From Microgenomates group bacterium (GTDB lineage: Bacteria > Patescibacteriota > Microgenomatia > UBA1400 > MFAQ01): 64,000 nt of DNA. The stretch's first letter is position 1. Each line of letters starts with the position of its first letter. The notes under the pieces were generated by a model. It did no database searches, had not been told where the DNA came from, and was given only the letters and a program-made list of their open reading frames with translations. Below, piece by piece: positions 20,306 to 29,969 of the stretch. The stretch lies in the NCBI GenBank assembly GCA_049303575.1, contig JBAQNH010000002.1:316541-380540 (forward strand), given 5' to 3'. The position numbers and the translations under genes are program-made.

Positions 20306-20378
20306 TTGCCGAGCTAGGATTCGAACCTAGAATATTCGCCTCCAGAGGGCGACGTCCAACCAATTAGACGACTCGGCA
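20306..20378 (-). tRNA. tRNA-Gln (anticodon CUG)
   Basis: Manual cloverleaf: acceptor UGCCGAG/CUCGGCA with the U1-A72 pair typical of bacterial tRNA-Gln. D-arm is GUCU/GGAC. Anticodon stem is UCGCC/GGCGA with loop CUCUGGA. T-arm is CUAGG-UUCGAAU-CCUAG. Length is 73 nt and no CCA is encoded. Confidence 0.8.
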
Positions 20379-20398
20379 ATATCGTCCCCTATTATATA

Positions 20399-21115
20399 TC
20401 AAGGGTAAGTTCGGAACCTAATTAAATCGTAAAATTCAGTTGCTTCTTTCTTTTTTCTAAGTCTAACCGAATACCTTCTCCTTTCTGGATGAAAACCCAA
20501 TATTATTAACCCTTTTTCGACCTCGTCTAACAAACTACAATTCCGATTACTAAATTCAAAGTTATAGGTATAAGTATTATTATGGACACAATAGGAAGCT
20601 TCTGCTTCGAACAAACCTTTCAATATAGAGACCAAATATGATTTTTTATTCCAAACCCAAAGAGGTAACTTAATGTTCAATTTTCCTCTTGCTCCAGTTG
20701 GTATTTCCAGTCTACGACTTAGATTATTCTGATAAATTGTGACGTTATAACAGTTTGAGTTAGATCGTTTAATTAACGATGGAGTTTTTACGAATATTTT
20801 TTCTATCAGTAATACTGCATACAAAGCCAACGGAGGCTTATCAGTTCCAAGTGTTATCCTTAAACACTCTGTTCTCGGAAATTTATAAATATTTCCGTCA
20901 CCCAAAATCAAACCAATTAGAACGGCCAACTCCTTTGATTTTTCTAATTTCTTACTCGAATTTGGGATTTTTTCAGTCAATCTAGCGTTAGCACGCCACT
21001 CAAAAAAATTATCAATTCTCTTTCTTTTAAATGTATCAGAAATTTTTTTTACTCTTAAGTCTGTAAATCGTGTTTTACCTCTATTCCAAGGCATAATTCC
21101 TTTTTTGTTACCCAC
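20399..21115 (-). CDS. Free-standing LAGLIDADG homing endonuclease
   Basis: Two LAGLIDADG-type motifs are present (LIGLILGDGNIYK and LKGLFEAEASY). The 238-aa length is typical of a monomeric double-motif enzyme. The gene ends 20 bp upstream of tRNA-Gln on the same strand. Confidence 0.7.
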   Translation of the reverse strand: MGNKKGIMPWNRGKTRFTDLRVKKISDTFKRKRIDNFFEWRANARLTEKIPNSSKKLEKSKELAVLIGLILGDGNIYKFPRTECLRITLGTDKPPLALYAVLLIEKIFVKTPSLIKRSNSNCYNVTIYQNNLSRRLEIPTGARGKLNIKLPLWVWNKKSYLVSILKGLFEAEASYCVHNNTYTYNFEFSNRNCSLLDEVEKGLIILGFHPERRRYSVRLRKKKEATEFYDLIRFRTYP

Positions 21116-21385
21116 AAACTAATATACCATTAGACGTAAAACATTACAAAATCCAAGAAGTTTGCCCCGGATTAAACCTTTAGCATTTCCAGAACCTTAA
21201 ACACTACGAACGCTGGCCAGAAGAAAGACTTCAAGACTCCTTCTATTACCGGGACAAAACCAACAGCGTCTTTTAAAAAATAAAAAATTGATCCAATTAT
21301 TCCTAGACCATAGAGGGCTTCAGAATTAGGTGCCCAACGATCACATTTCATATACAGTTTATATATTGTTAATAATTAAATATTA

Positions 21386-22156
21386 TCACTTCTTTACTGC
21401 CAATATCGCCATAAACATTGGGAACTCATCCCTGGCTCTATTTTCTGCTTTAGCCATTTTCCCCTCACTTTTTTTGTCCGAAGTCCACTCTTCGATTTTC
21501 TCAATTAGAAACCCATTTTCCAACAACATTCGGGAATACTCTTCAATGGGTAGATGAAACGACCAGGTCACGGGTGAGTTTCTATCCCCAGGGTGCATAT
21601 TAATGGGAATTTCCAGAGGAGACATATAGCGGTTGATTCTTCGATACTGTAATTTATTTTTTACATCAGTTTCCCAACTACTTTGGCGAGGGATTCGGAA
21701 ACACGGATGATTAAGAACAATAATAAGTTTTCCGCCTTTATCCATTTTTTCTCCAGTTAGTTTAATTGTCTTGTCTGGTTCTTTAATGTTTTGAAGTGCC
21801 AAAATTATCGCCGCCTTATTATATTTTTCTGCCATCGGAATACTCTTGGTCACATCCGCCACTACGTATTTATGTTTTTTGTTTATATCCATTCTCTTGG
21901 CATCGGCTATAAGCCCGTGAGCCAAGTCCACTCCGGTATACGACACCTCGCTAGGGAGTCTTCTCGCGAGCACTCCTTGTCCACAAGCCACATCCAGGAC
22001 TCTGTCTTTTCCGCCAATATCAAGTAACCTCATTACCCCAGGGATAACTACAGCTTGATGAAAGAAATGTCCCTTCTCGCCCACAATTTCACCATACCAC
22101 TTCGTTACGCTATTCCATGATGTTTCTCTTTTTTCCATACCTCTATTTTCGCACAC
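21386..22156 (-). CDS. Class I SAM-dependent methyltransferase
   Basis: Motif I is VLDVACGQGVLARRL and motif II region is HKYVVADV. Confidence 0.55.
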   Translation of the reverse strand: MCENRGMEKRETSWNSVTKWYGEIVGEKGHFFHQAVVIPGVMRLLDIGGKDRVLDVACGQGVLARRLPSEVSYTGVDLAHGLIADAKRMDINKKHKYVVADVTKSIPMAEKYNKAAIILALQNIKEPDKTIKLTGEKMDKGGKLIIVLNHPCFRIPRQSSWETDVKNKLQYRRINRYMSPLEIPINMHPGDRNSPVTWSFHLPIEEYSRMLLENGFLIEKIEEWTSDKKSEGKMAKAENRARDEFPMFMAILAVKK

Positions 22157-22217
22157 TCCCTGTTGACATAATTATTTTTCCCTTTTACACTAGGGTATAC
22201 CCAAATAAATACCGAAT

Positions 22218-23366
22218 ATGTCCAATCTCATCGAACCACTAGCTTCCAAAATCCGCCCCAAAAAAATTACCGAATATATTGGCCAAGAACACTTGGTGGG
22301 AGAGGGTAAACCACTTAGTCAAGCCATAAAAAGTAAACACATTTTTTCCTTTGTTCTCTGGGGTCCTCCTGGTACTGGCAAAACTACCATCGCCAGAATC
22401 TACTCCGATGCCATTGACGCTGATTTTTACGAGCTCTCTGCCGTTTCCACCGGCAAAGATGACATTCGTTCAATAATAAAAAACACAGAAGAAACCACCA
22501 AACCCGTCGTTCTCTTTTTAGATGAAATTCACCGTTTCAATAAGGCTCAACAAGACTATCTCCTTCCTTTTGTGGAAAGGGGAAAACTTACCCTTATTGG
22601 AGCCACCACGGAAAATCCCAGTTTCGAAATTATTGCTCCACTTCTTTCCCGTCTCCGAGTTTTTGTCCTCAAAGAACTTTCTCCTGAAGAAATCGAAAAA
22701 ATTATTGTCCGAGCCGTCAAAGTTCTTAAACTCAAAATTGATAAAGAATCAAAAGAGTGGCTTGCCAACTTCGCCAATGGCGATGCCCGTCAAGCAATTG
22801 GACTTATTGAATCGACAGCCTCACTTTACGGAGAATTAACCGTTGAGAAATTCAAAACAGCTCTCCAGTCAAGATTCCTTCGTTTTGATAAGCAAGGCGA
22901 AGAACACTACAACACCATTTCCGCCTTTATCAAGTCCATGCGCGCCAGTAACCCCGATGCCGCTCTTTATTATCTCGCCCGCCTGGTCGACTCTGGAGAA
23001 GACCCTCTTTTTATCGCTCGTCGCATGGTCATTTTTGCCTCAGAAGATGTTGCTTCGCCCACGGCTCTAGTAGTTGCCAATGCCGTTTTTCAAGCTTGCC
23101 AGCAAATAGGCTATCCCGAATGTCAGGAAAATCTGGCTGCCGGTACTGTCTATCTGTCCAAGGCCCCCAAAGATCGTCGAGCCTATGACGCCTATATGTC
23201 CGCATTATCCGACGTCAAACAATTTGGGAACCTTCCCATTCCTCTCAATCTTCGCAACTCCCCAACTAAATTGATGAAAAAACTAGGTTACGGCAAGGAT
23301 TATGAAATGTACTCGAAAGAAAACTTATTGCCCGACCAATTAAAAAATAAAAAATATTATAAATAA
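22218..23366 (+). CDS. rarA: Replication-associated recombination protein A (AAA+ ATPase RarA/MgsA)
   Basis: Walker A ([14 protein letters not shown]), Walker B ([15 protein letters not shown]) and a MgsA C-terminal helical domain are present. Confidence 0.8.
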   Translation: MSNLIEPLASKIRPKKITEYIGQEHLVGEGKPLSQAIKSKHIFSFVLWGPPGTGKTTIARIYSDAIDADFYELSAVSTGKDDIRSIIKNTEETTKPVVLFLDEIHRFNKAQQDYLLPFVERGKLTLIGATTENPSFEIIAPLLSRLRVFVLKELSPEEIEKIIVRAVKVLKLKIDKESKEWLANFANGDARQAIGLIESTASLYGELTVEKFKTALQSRFLRFDKQGEEHYNTISAFIKSMRASNPDAALYYLARLVDSGEDPLFIARRMVIFASEDVASPTALVVANAVFQACQQIGYPECQENLAAGTVYLSKAPKDRRAYDAYMSALSDVKQFGNLPIPLNLRNSPTKLMKKLGYGKDYEMYSKENLLPDQLKNKKYYK

Positions 23367-23368
23367 AT

Positions 23369-23854
23369 ATGTCAGAAAAAACGGATCGCTTACTTACCCG
23401 AGGATTAAATGAAGGTTTCGCAGGAGGTACTGAAATACAAAATATTGAAAGAGGTGGATTCAAAATAAAATCCAGTCACTATGAAGATAATATCGGGACT
23501 TATCACGATGAGTGGATGGCCGACAGAACAGGTGGTGGCCAAGAAATTGTTACGGCCGATGGAATCGCTTTCACTCGTATTTATGCTGGCGGCACAATTA
23601 ACAAAGAATCTTTAATAGACTTGGGAATTTCGGTAGACGATATCATGGCCGTTCTAAAGAAAAATATTATTGAGGGTGGTGAGCACACCAGGTTGTTTAC
23701 AGATTATCATCCGGAAGCAGAAGGTGATTGGCAATACTCTTATACAATTCTTGAGAACGAGGTAAAAATTCCTCTTACTTTGGGAAAAGAAATAATCAAA
23801 TACCAGGGGGTTCTTGTCTTCATTCATGATTTTCTCATTACTCCTGTCGAATAA
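23369..23854 (+). CDS. Hypothetical protein (161 aa)
   Basis: ORF immediately after rarA, with no confident motif. Confidence 0.35.
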   Translation: MSEKTDRLLTRGLNEGFAGGTEIQNIERGGFKIKSSHYEDNIGTYHDEWMADRTGGGQEIVTADGIAFTRIYAGGTINKESLIDLGISVDDIMAVLKKNIIEGGEHTRLFTDYHPEAEGDWQYSYTILENEVKIPLTLGKEIIKYQGVLVFIHDFLITPVE

Positions 23855-23878
23855 TTCCGGAGACTCTATAATCATCAT

Positions 23879-24331
23879 ATGATTGCGATTGTTCAAATAG
23901 TAAACTCCGGTAGTGTTGCTCTTGAAGGTGACTCAAATACTAAAAGAAATATCAAAAAGGGTTTAATTGTTTTTCTTGGTGTATCTAAAACAGACTCCGT
24001 TTCCGAAGTAATAAAAGTATCCGAAAAACTACTCAAACTTCGGATTTTTCCTGATGACGATCAAAAAATGAATCTAGACATCAATACTGTTAAGGGCGAG
24101 ATTCTCCTCATCTCCCAATTCACCTTACTTGGGAGTCTCAAGGGTAACAATCGTCCCGACTTCACCGACGCCGCCGGTAAAGAGCTGGCTGCTAGTCTTT
24201 ACGAACAATTTGCTGATAAACTTACAGAAGCTGGTGTTCGAGTTACCAAAGGTTACTTTGGCGAACATATGAAAATTCAGGTGGATCTCAATGGTCCGGT
24301 AACCATTATTTTAGACTCGGAAAAGTTATGA
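23879..24331 (+). CDS. dtd: D-aminoacyl-tRNA deacylase
   Basis: The N-terminus is MIAIVQ and the SQFTL and NGPVT motifs characteristic of Dtd are present. Confidence 0.75.
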   Translation: MIAIVQIVNSGSVALEGDSNTKRNIKKGLIVFLGVSKTDSVSEVIKVSEKLLKLRIFPDDDQKMNLDINTVKGEILLISQFTLLGSLKGNNRPDFTDAAGKELAASLYEQFADKLTEAGVRVTKGYFGEHMKIQVDLNGPVTIILDSEKL

Positions 24332-24804
24332 CCAAAAAAACCATTACTGCAATCATAATTGGAGGCATCATCTTTTGTGGTCTGGTTGGTTACAACTATC
24401 TTATTGCTCAGAAAAAAATTTCCGAAACTCGCCCTTCACCTCTCGGAATTTTTCTTGAGTCCTACCCCGAAAAAGTAACGATTGGCAACTCTGGTTCTTT
24501 TGTGTGGAATATTGAAAGTTCTCCGGATCTTTTCACTCCGCGCACTACTATTTACTGGGGCTACATCGCCTCTCCTAGTGCTCTTACTCAAGGCGACTCT
24601 CCCGAAGCCGTCGGCTACCCATACCACCAAGATGACTATTTTTCAGGAAAATATATGCTCCCTGATACCTTTGATCTGGCCATCAAGTTTAATAAATTGG
24701 GGAAAGTTTTTGCTCGCGCTTACGCCAAGGTAGGGGATAATCATCTTTGGACTGAGGAAAAAACTATAGAAGTTATTTCAATACCTGAAAATGTCAACAA
24801 ATAA
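24328..24804 (+). CDS. Hypothetical membrane-anchored protein (158 aa)
   Basis: It has an N-terminal TM (AIIIGGIIFCGLVGY). The gene start overlaps the dtd stop by 4 bp. Confidence 0.35.
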   Translation: MTKKTITAIIIGGIIFCGLVGYNYLIAQKKISETRPSPLGIFLESYPEKVTIGNSGSFVWNIESSPDLFTPRTTIYWGYIASPSALTQGDSPEAVGYPYHQDDYFSGKYMLPDTFDLAIKFNKLGKVFARAYAKVGDNHLWTEEKTIEVISIPENVNK

Positions 24805-24935
24805 ACGATTTTCCCTTACTCTTTTCTTGTTGGTTGCCTTCATGGCAATCGTTGCAACCATCCTCGTTGGCTTGAGAATCTTCAACCAATAATAAATTAG
24901 CAATTTACATCGTTATCTGCTAAAATCTTAAAACT

Positions 24936-27278
24936 ATGCCTATTCATCAAACATTAATACCCTTTATAGGACTAAAAGAAGGAGTTATCTTTCCCGAAAC
25001 GGAAGCCGTCCTAACTTTTGGAAAGCCGGCCTCAATCGCTGGCATTAATCATGCTTTTGGTAATAACGAGGAAGTTTGTTTTGTTTCCCAAAAAGATGCC
25101 AAAGCCGCCGCCACTAGTTTAAGTGATTACTACCTCGTCGGAACTGTTTGTCGTATTGTCAAAACCCTTCCTGTAAATGAGGAGCTTCACGCGATTGTCA
25201 AAGGCTTATTCCGCGTCAAAGTAGAAAGTATTGAAGAAAAAGACGGCTTAGTCTGGGCTCTTGTTTCCGAGTATCCCGAAGACACTTCCATCACGGCCGA
25301 AATCTCCGCACTCTCCAATCGTGCCATCGCTCTTATCAAGCGAGCTTCAGAACTGGGAAAAGCCAATATCGAACCGGGAGTCTTGACTAAGATTATCGGC
25401 AGTTCGGATCCCTTACTGGTTTCCTTCCAAATTTCATCCGTTCTGGAGGTAAAAAACGAAGAGAAACAAAAACTTCTTGAAAACAACTCTTTGGAAAAAA
25501 GACTTTCCTTCATCACCAATCATCTCACCGAAGAAATAAAGATTCTCGAGTTGGAAAAGAAGATTGAAAACAAAACTCAAAAACGTTTTGACGACAGTAT
25601 GAAAGAAGCAGTTCTTCGTGAAAGAATGCGTGCCATTCAAAAAGAGCTTGGAGAGGGCGGCGAAGAAGAAGAAATTGTAGAGCTCAAAAATAAACTAAAA
25701 AAGGCCAATCTTCCCAAAGAAATTTATGCCAAAGTAAACAAAGAGCTCGAACGCCTCAAAAAATTATCGATTCACAACCCCGAAACATCATATTTAAGAA
25801 CCTGGATTGAAACTGTTTTGGAGCTTCCCTGGGGAGAGTACACCAAGAGCAGTTACTCACTCTCCAAGGCGGAAAAAATTTTGGACCAAGACCACTATGG
25901 TTTGGAGAAAGTCAAAGAAAGAATCTTGGAATATATTGCTGTTTTAAAGCTAAAAAATGATCAGGTAAAAGCTACCAAAAATCGTGCCGTCAACCCCCCC
26001 ACAATTCTCTGTTTTGTTGGACCTCCGGGTGTTGGAAAAACTTCTGTTGGCCGCTCCATTGCCAAAGCCATCGGTCGTAAATTTGTCAAAATGTCCCTAG
26101 GTGGCCTAAAAGACGAAGCCGAAATTCGAGGACACAGACGTACCTATGTTGGAGCTATGCCCGGTAGAATAATTCAATCAATAAAAGATAGCGGTGTTAG
26201 TAATCCGGTTTTTATGCTGGATGAAATCGACAAAATCGGTGCTGATTTCCGCGGTGATCCCAGCTCGGCTCTTCTCGAAGCCCTTGATCCGGAACAAAAT
26301 TTTGCTTTCCAAGATTACTATCTTGATATTCCTTTTGATCTATCTCAAGTTCTTTTTATCACCACTGCGAACGTCTTGGACACTATTCCTGCCGCCCTTC
26401 GGGACCGTCTTGAAGTGATTGAGTTTTCCGGTTATACCGAAGAAGAAAAATACTTTATTGCCAAAAAATATCTGGTTAAGAAGCAATCCGAAGCCAACGC
26501 CATCAACCAAAAAGATATTGTTCTTTCCTCTCCTATGCTCAAGTTCCTCGTTCGTCACTACACTCGTGAAGCCGGTGTCAGAAATCTTGAACGTCAAATC
26601 GCTTCCATTATGCGCAAAATCGCCAAAGCTAAAGCCAGCGGTAAAGAACTTCCCATCGTCATTTCTAAAGAAAAAATCAACAAATTCCTAGGACCGATTA
26701 TTTATAGTCACACTCTCGCGGAAGACAATGATCAAGTTGGTTTGGTCACTGGACTTGCCTATACAAAAGTTGGTGGAGATATCCTTTTTATCGAAGTAGC
26801 TACTATGCCCGGTCAAGGAAAGATTACTCTCACTGGTCAGCTTGGCGATGTCATGAAAGAATCTGCCAAAGCCGCCTATTCTTATGTCCGCTCTCACAGC
26901 AAAGAACTCGGTATCAAAGACGAAAAAATTTCCAAGACGGATATCCACATTCATGTACCGGAAGGTGCTGTTCCCAAAGATGGACCAAGCGCAGGTCTAG
27001 CCATTACTACCGCCATTATTTCTGCTTTCACCGGCAAACCCGTTCCTAAAAATCTTGCTATGACCGGCGAAGTCACTCTTCGTGGTCGTGCTTTAGAAAT
27101 CGGCGGAGTACGGGAAAAAGTTATTGCCGCTCATAGAGCCGGTATCAATCATGTTATTCTTCCCAAAGACAACGAAAAAAATATTGCCGATCTTCCCGAA
27201 AAAGTTCGCCACGATCTAAAATTCAACTTCGTGAAGAGTATGGACGACGTCGTTAAGATTGTTTTCTCCGGAAAATAA
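24936..27278 (+). CDS. lon: ATP-dependent Lon protease
   Basis: It has a LON N-domain and an AAA+ domain (GPPGVGKTS). The protease Ser-Lys dyad is in PKDGPSAGLAITTAIISA. Confidence 0.85.
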   Translation: MPIHQTLIPFIGLKEGVIFPETEAVLTFGKPASIAGINHAFGNNEEVCFVSQKDAKAAATSLSDYYLVGTVCRIVKTLPVNEELHAIVKGLFRVKVESIEEKDGLVWALVSEYPEDTSITAEISALSNRAIALIKRASELGKANIEPGVLTKIIGSSDPLLVSFQISSVLEVKNEEKQKLLENNSLEKRLSFITNHLTEEIKILELEKKIENKTQKRFDDSMKEAVLRERMRAIQKELGEGGEEEEIVELKNKLKKANLPKEIYAKVNKELERLKKLSIHNPETSYLRTWIETVLELPWGEYTKSSYSLSKAEKILDQDHYGLEKVKERILEYIAVLKLKNDQVKATKNRAVNPPTILCFVGPPGVGKTSVGRSIAKAIGRKFVKMSLGGLKDEAEIRGHRRTYVGAMPGRIIQSIKDSGVSNPVFMLDEIDKIGADFRGDPSSALLEALDPEQNFAFQDYYLDIPFDLSQVLFITTANVLDTIPAALRDRLEVIEFSGYTEEEKYFIAKKYLVKKQSEANAINQKDIVLSSPMLKFLVRHYTREAGVRNLERQIASIMRKIAKAKASGKELPIVISKEKINKFLGPIIYSHTLAEDNDQVGLVTGLAYTKVGGDILFIEVATMPGQGKITLTGQLGDVMKESAKAAYSYVRSHSKELGIKDEKISKTDIHIHVPEGAVPKDGPSAGLAITTAIISAFTGKPVPKNLAMTGEVTLRGRALEIGGVREKVIAAHRAGINHVILPKDNEKNIADLPEKVRHDLKFNFVKSMDDVVKIVFSGK

Positions 27279-27927
27279 GATATCCACCGACCAGGACAGC
27301 GGCAAAGCTAAAGATAACTGCCATTGGTACTCCTAATAATTTCCAAATTGACTCGGTTGGTCTTAAATTTTCGAGGACTGCCCGGATTACTCCGTAACCT
27401 ACCAAGTACACCCCAAAAACAAAACCTGTTTTTTTCTGTTTTCGCGATATCTTCCAAAGTAATCCAAATAAAATCAGATTTAAAGCCCCTTCGTAAGCAA
27501 AAAGAGGCTCTCCGTTTTTCCCCACGATCTCTCCGTTTATATAATTTCCAATTCTTCCGATAACCTGGGCTAGCGGCATTCCTATAATCAAAATGTCAAT
27601 AAATTTAAGAAAATTTAATTTATTAAAATAACAGAAAAGTAGTACTCCCAAAACGCCTCCAACGAGAGCACCCCAAATTCCCAAGCCTCCTTCCCAAAAA
27701 TATAAAATTTTGTTTAAGTTTGCTGAGTAATATCTACCCCAAAAATCTGCTACATGATAAATTCTCGCTCCGATAACCCCACCGATAATCGCCCACGTCA
27801 TTACTTTTTCCAACACTTCTTTTTTTACCTTACCTCGGTTGGCTACGGCAATTTCCATTGCCATCCATACTCCCAAACCGATAAGGAAACCATATAGATA
27901 AAAGGTTATTCCCCAGATCTCAAACAT
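27253..27927 (-). CDS. lgt: Prolipoprotein diacylglyceryl transferase
   Basis: It is a polytopic membrane protein with the Lgt signature region (YFWEGGLGIWGALVGGVLG). Confidence 0.6.
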   Translation of the reverse strand: MFEIWGITFYLYGFLIGLGVWMAMEIAVANRGKVKKEVLEKVMTWAIIGGVIGARIYHVADFWGRYYSANLNKILYFWEGGLGIWGALVGGVLGVLLFCYFNKLNFLKFIDILIIGMPLAQVIGRIGNYINGEIVGKNGEPLFAYEGALNLILFGLLWKISRKQKKTGFVFGVYLVGYGVIRAVLENLRPTESIWKLLGVPMAVIFSFAAVLVGGYLIFRRKQS

Positions 27928-29161
27928 TTTTTATGTAATCTGTCAGTTTGTCTATCGCAATGATTTTGTTTTCTGTTTCATTTCGATGTTTCACTTCCAC
28001 ACCACCATTTTGCAAACTTCTAGCTGAAACTAAAACTCGAATAGGGCAGCCTATCAAATCCGCATCGGCAAATTTTTCTCCAGGGCTCATCTCTCTGTCA
28101 TCCCAGAGGGCATCAATACCCGCGTCTTTTAATTTCTTATAAATTTTCTTTGTCTCCTCTGGTTGTTGTAAGTCCACGATGTGTACCAAAAATGGAGCGA
28201 CACTCAAAGGCCAGATAATTCCTTTATCATCGTGGAATTTTTCTACCAACACTCCCATCAATCTACTGATTCCAATTCCATAACTACTCATTATGATCGG
28301 TTTTTTACTACCATCTTTGTCGGTGTACTCATAGCCAAAAGCTTTTGTAAACTTAACTCCCAAGGGGAAAATATTTCCCACTTCCGAAGCATTGAATATT
28401 TCAAAATCGGAATTATTATCAGCTCCTTCCGGTTTTACTTCCTTGTTGTAGGCAACTCCAGTATTTTTGTTTAAATAAATAGTGTCTTCTCCGCTCTCGC
28501 ATCTGGTCTGAAACTCATGAGAAAATTCACTGGTAAAGTCGCCTCCGGAAGCGAGGGCAATCACGGTGTCTTTTCCAATTCCAATTTCTTCATAGATATT
28601 CATATATATCTTCTTAGACTCCTCGTAAAACTTTTTCCAATCGGCCTCATTAGCATGGAAACTATACAGATCCTTCATTCGAAACTCTCGGCACCGAAGC
28701 AATCCGGACTTTGCTCTTGGTTCGTTTCGAAACTTTGTTTGAATTTGATAAACCGCTACCGGCAGATCTTTATAACTTGGGTTATATGTTTTTACCAAGG
28801 GCGTCACCACATCTTCATGGGTAGGGCACAAAACATACTCTGCATCACTCTTGGCCAAAGATACTTCATTGGCCGCACTGGCTTTAAAAAGAACATCAAT
28901 AGTCTCCAGTCTCCCTGTAGTTTTCCAGTACTCCTTGGGAGACAAGGCCGGCATCAATAGTTCCGAACCAATCTCATCAATGTGTTTTCTAACAATATTC
29001 TCTATTTTATTCAAAACTCGTAAACCCAAAGGTAAAAAGGTATAAACTCCCGCCATCTCTTGGTGAATAAAACCACCCTGTACCAATAGTTTATGATTGA
29101 TTGCCTCCGCGTCTTTGGGAGCTATTTTTTCTGGGCGAACGCCCATCTTACTCATTTTCAT
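27920..29161 (-). CDS. proS: Prolyl-tRNA synthetase (short form lacking editing insertion)
   Basis: Class II motifs are present (FRMKDLYSFH motif 2, GIGISRLMG motif 3) with an anticodon-binding C-terminus. At 413 aa it is short, implying no INS editing domain. Confidence 0.7.
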   Translation of the reverse strand: MKMSKMGVRPEKIAPKDAEAINHKLLVQGGFIHQEMAGVYTFLPLGLRVLNKIENIVRKHIDEIGSELLMPALSPKEYWKTTGRLETIDVLFKASAANEVSLAKSDAEYVLCPTHEDVVTPLVKTYNPSYKDLPVAVYQIQTKFRNEPRAKSGLLRCREFRMKDLYSFHANEADWKKFYEESKKIYMNIYEEIGIGKDTVIALASGGDFTSEFSHEFQTRCESGEDTIYLNKNTGVAYNKEVKPEGADNNSDFEIFNASEVGNIFPLGVKFTKAFGYEYTDKDGSKKPIIMSSYGIGISRLMGVLVEKFHDDKGIIWPLSVAPFLVHIVDLQQPEETKKIYKKLKDAGIDALWDDREMSPGEKFADADLIGCPIRVLVSARSLQNGGVEVKHRNETENKIIAIDKLTDYIKNV

Positions 29162-29170
29162 AGTCTAATT

Positions 29171-29923
29171 TTATCCTATACCGAGAGTACTTAATATTCC
29201 GACACCCAATCCTGCAGCAAAAACCAATAACCAAATCATTTTATTTTTTTGATCCGCTTCCTCCATACTCTCATGCATTTCCGGAATTAAATCTGCGAGA
29301 GCGATAAAAAGAAACATACCAGCGGTTACTGCCAATAAATATCCTTCGTAGTTCGTCACAATTCCACGGCTGAGATAAACAGTCACTCCTCCGAGAACCG
29401 CAACTAAACTTGAAGTTAAGTTTAAAAGTAGAGTTTTTATATTCGAATATCCAGATCGTAAATAAATTGTAAAATCCGCCATTTCTTTTGGAAGCTCATG
29501 CAAACCAACGGCCACCGCAGTGAGAATTCCAGCCTCTTTACTCAAAAGAAACGCCGCTCCAATAGCAAAACCATCAATAAAATTATGCAAAGCATCTCCC
29601 CAAAAAATTCCGCTAATTGGTGGCTTGGTACCATGAGTGCCATCGTGATGATGAAACCACAATCCGGATTTCTCCATCAAAAACACGAGCAGTATTCCTC
29701 CGAGAACTGACCAAGCAGCCATTTTGTAATCGGTCACCGCCCCAAAAGCTTCAGGAAGTAAATCAAGAACTGCCACGGTAATCAAGACTCCCGCCGCAAA
29801 ACTTGTCAGTTTGTTGGAAAGAATTCCAGCCTTACTTTTAAAATAGATTATTAAAATGGCTCCAATAAGCGAAGCCATTCCACCGATAAGACAATAAAAT
29901 ACTATTTGTAGCAAATTAGACAC
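29171..29923 (-). CDS. ZIP family metal (zinc) transporter
   Basis: It has 8 TM helices and conserved HNFxDGxAIG and HELPxExxDF motifs. Confidence 0.7.
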   Translation of the reverse strand: MSNLLQIVFYCLIGGMASLIGAILIIYFKSKAGILSNKLTSFAAGVLITVAVLDLLPEAFGAVTDYKMAAWSVLGGILLVFLMEKSGLWFHHHDGTHGTKPPISGIFWGDALHNFIDGFAIGAAFLLSKEAGILTAVAVGLHELPKEMADFTIYLRSGYSNIKTLLLNLTSSLVAVLGGVTVYLSRGIVTNYEGYLLAVTAGMFLFIALADLIPEMHESMEEADQKNKMIWLLVFAAGLGVGILSTLGIG

Positions 29924-29969
29924 ACTCCAATTGTATCAATAATTAAGGCTAATGCTATTATTAAGTTAG

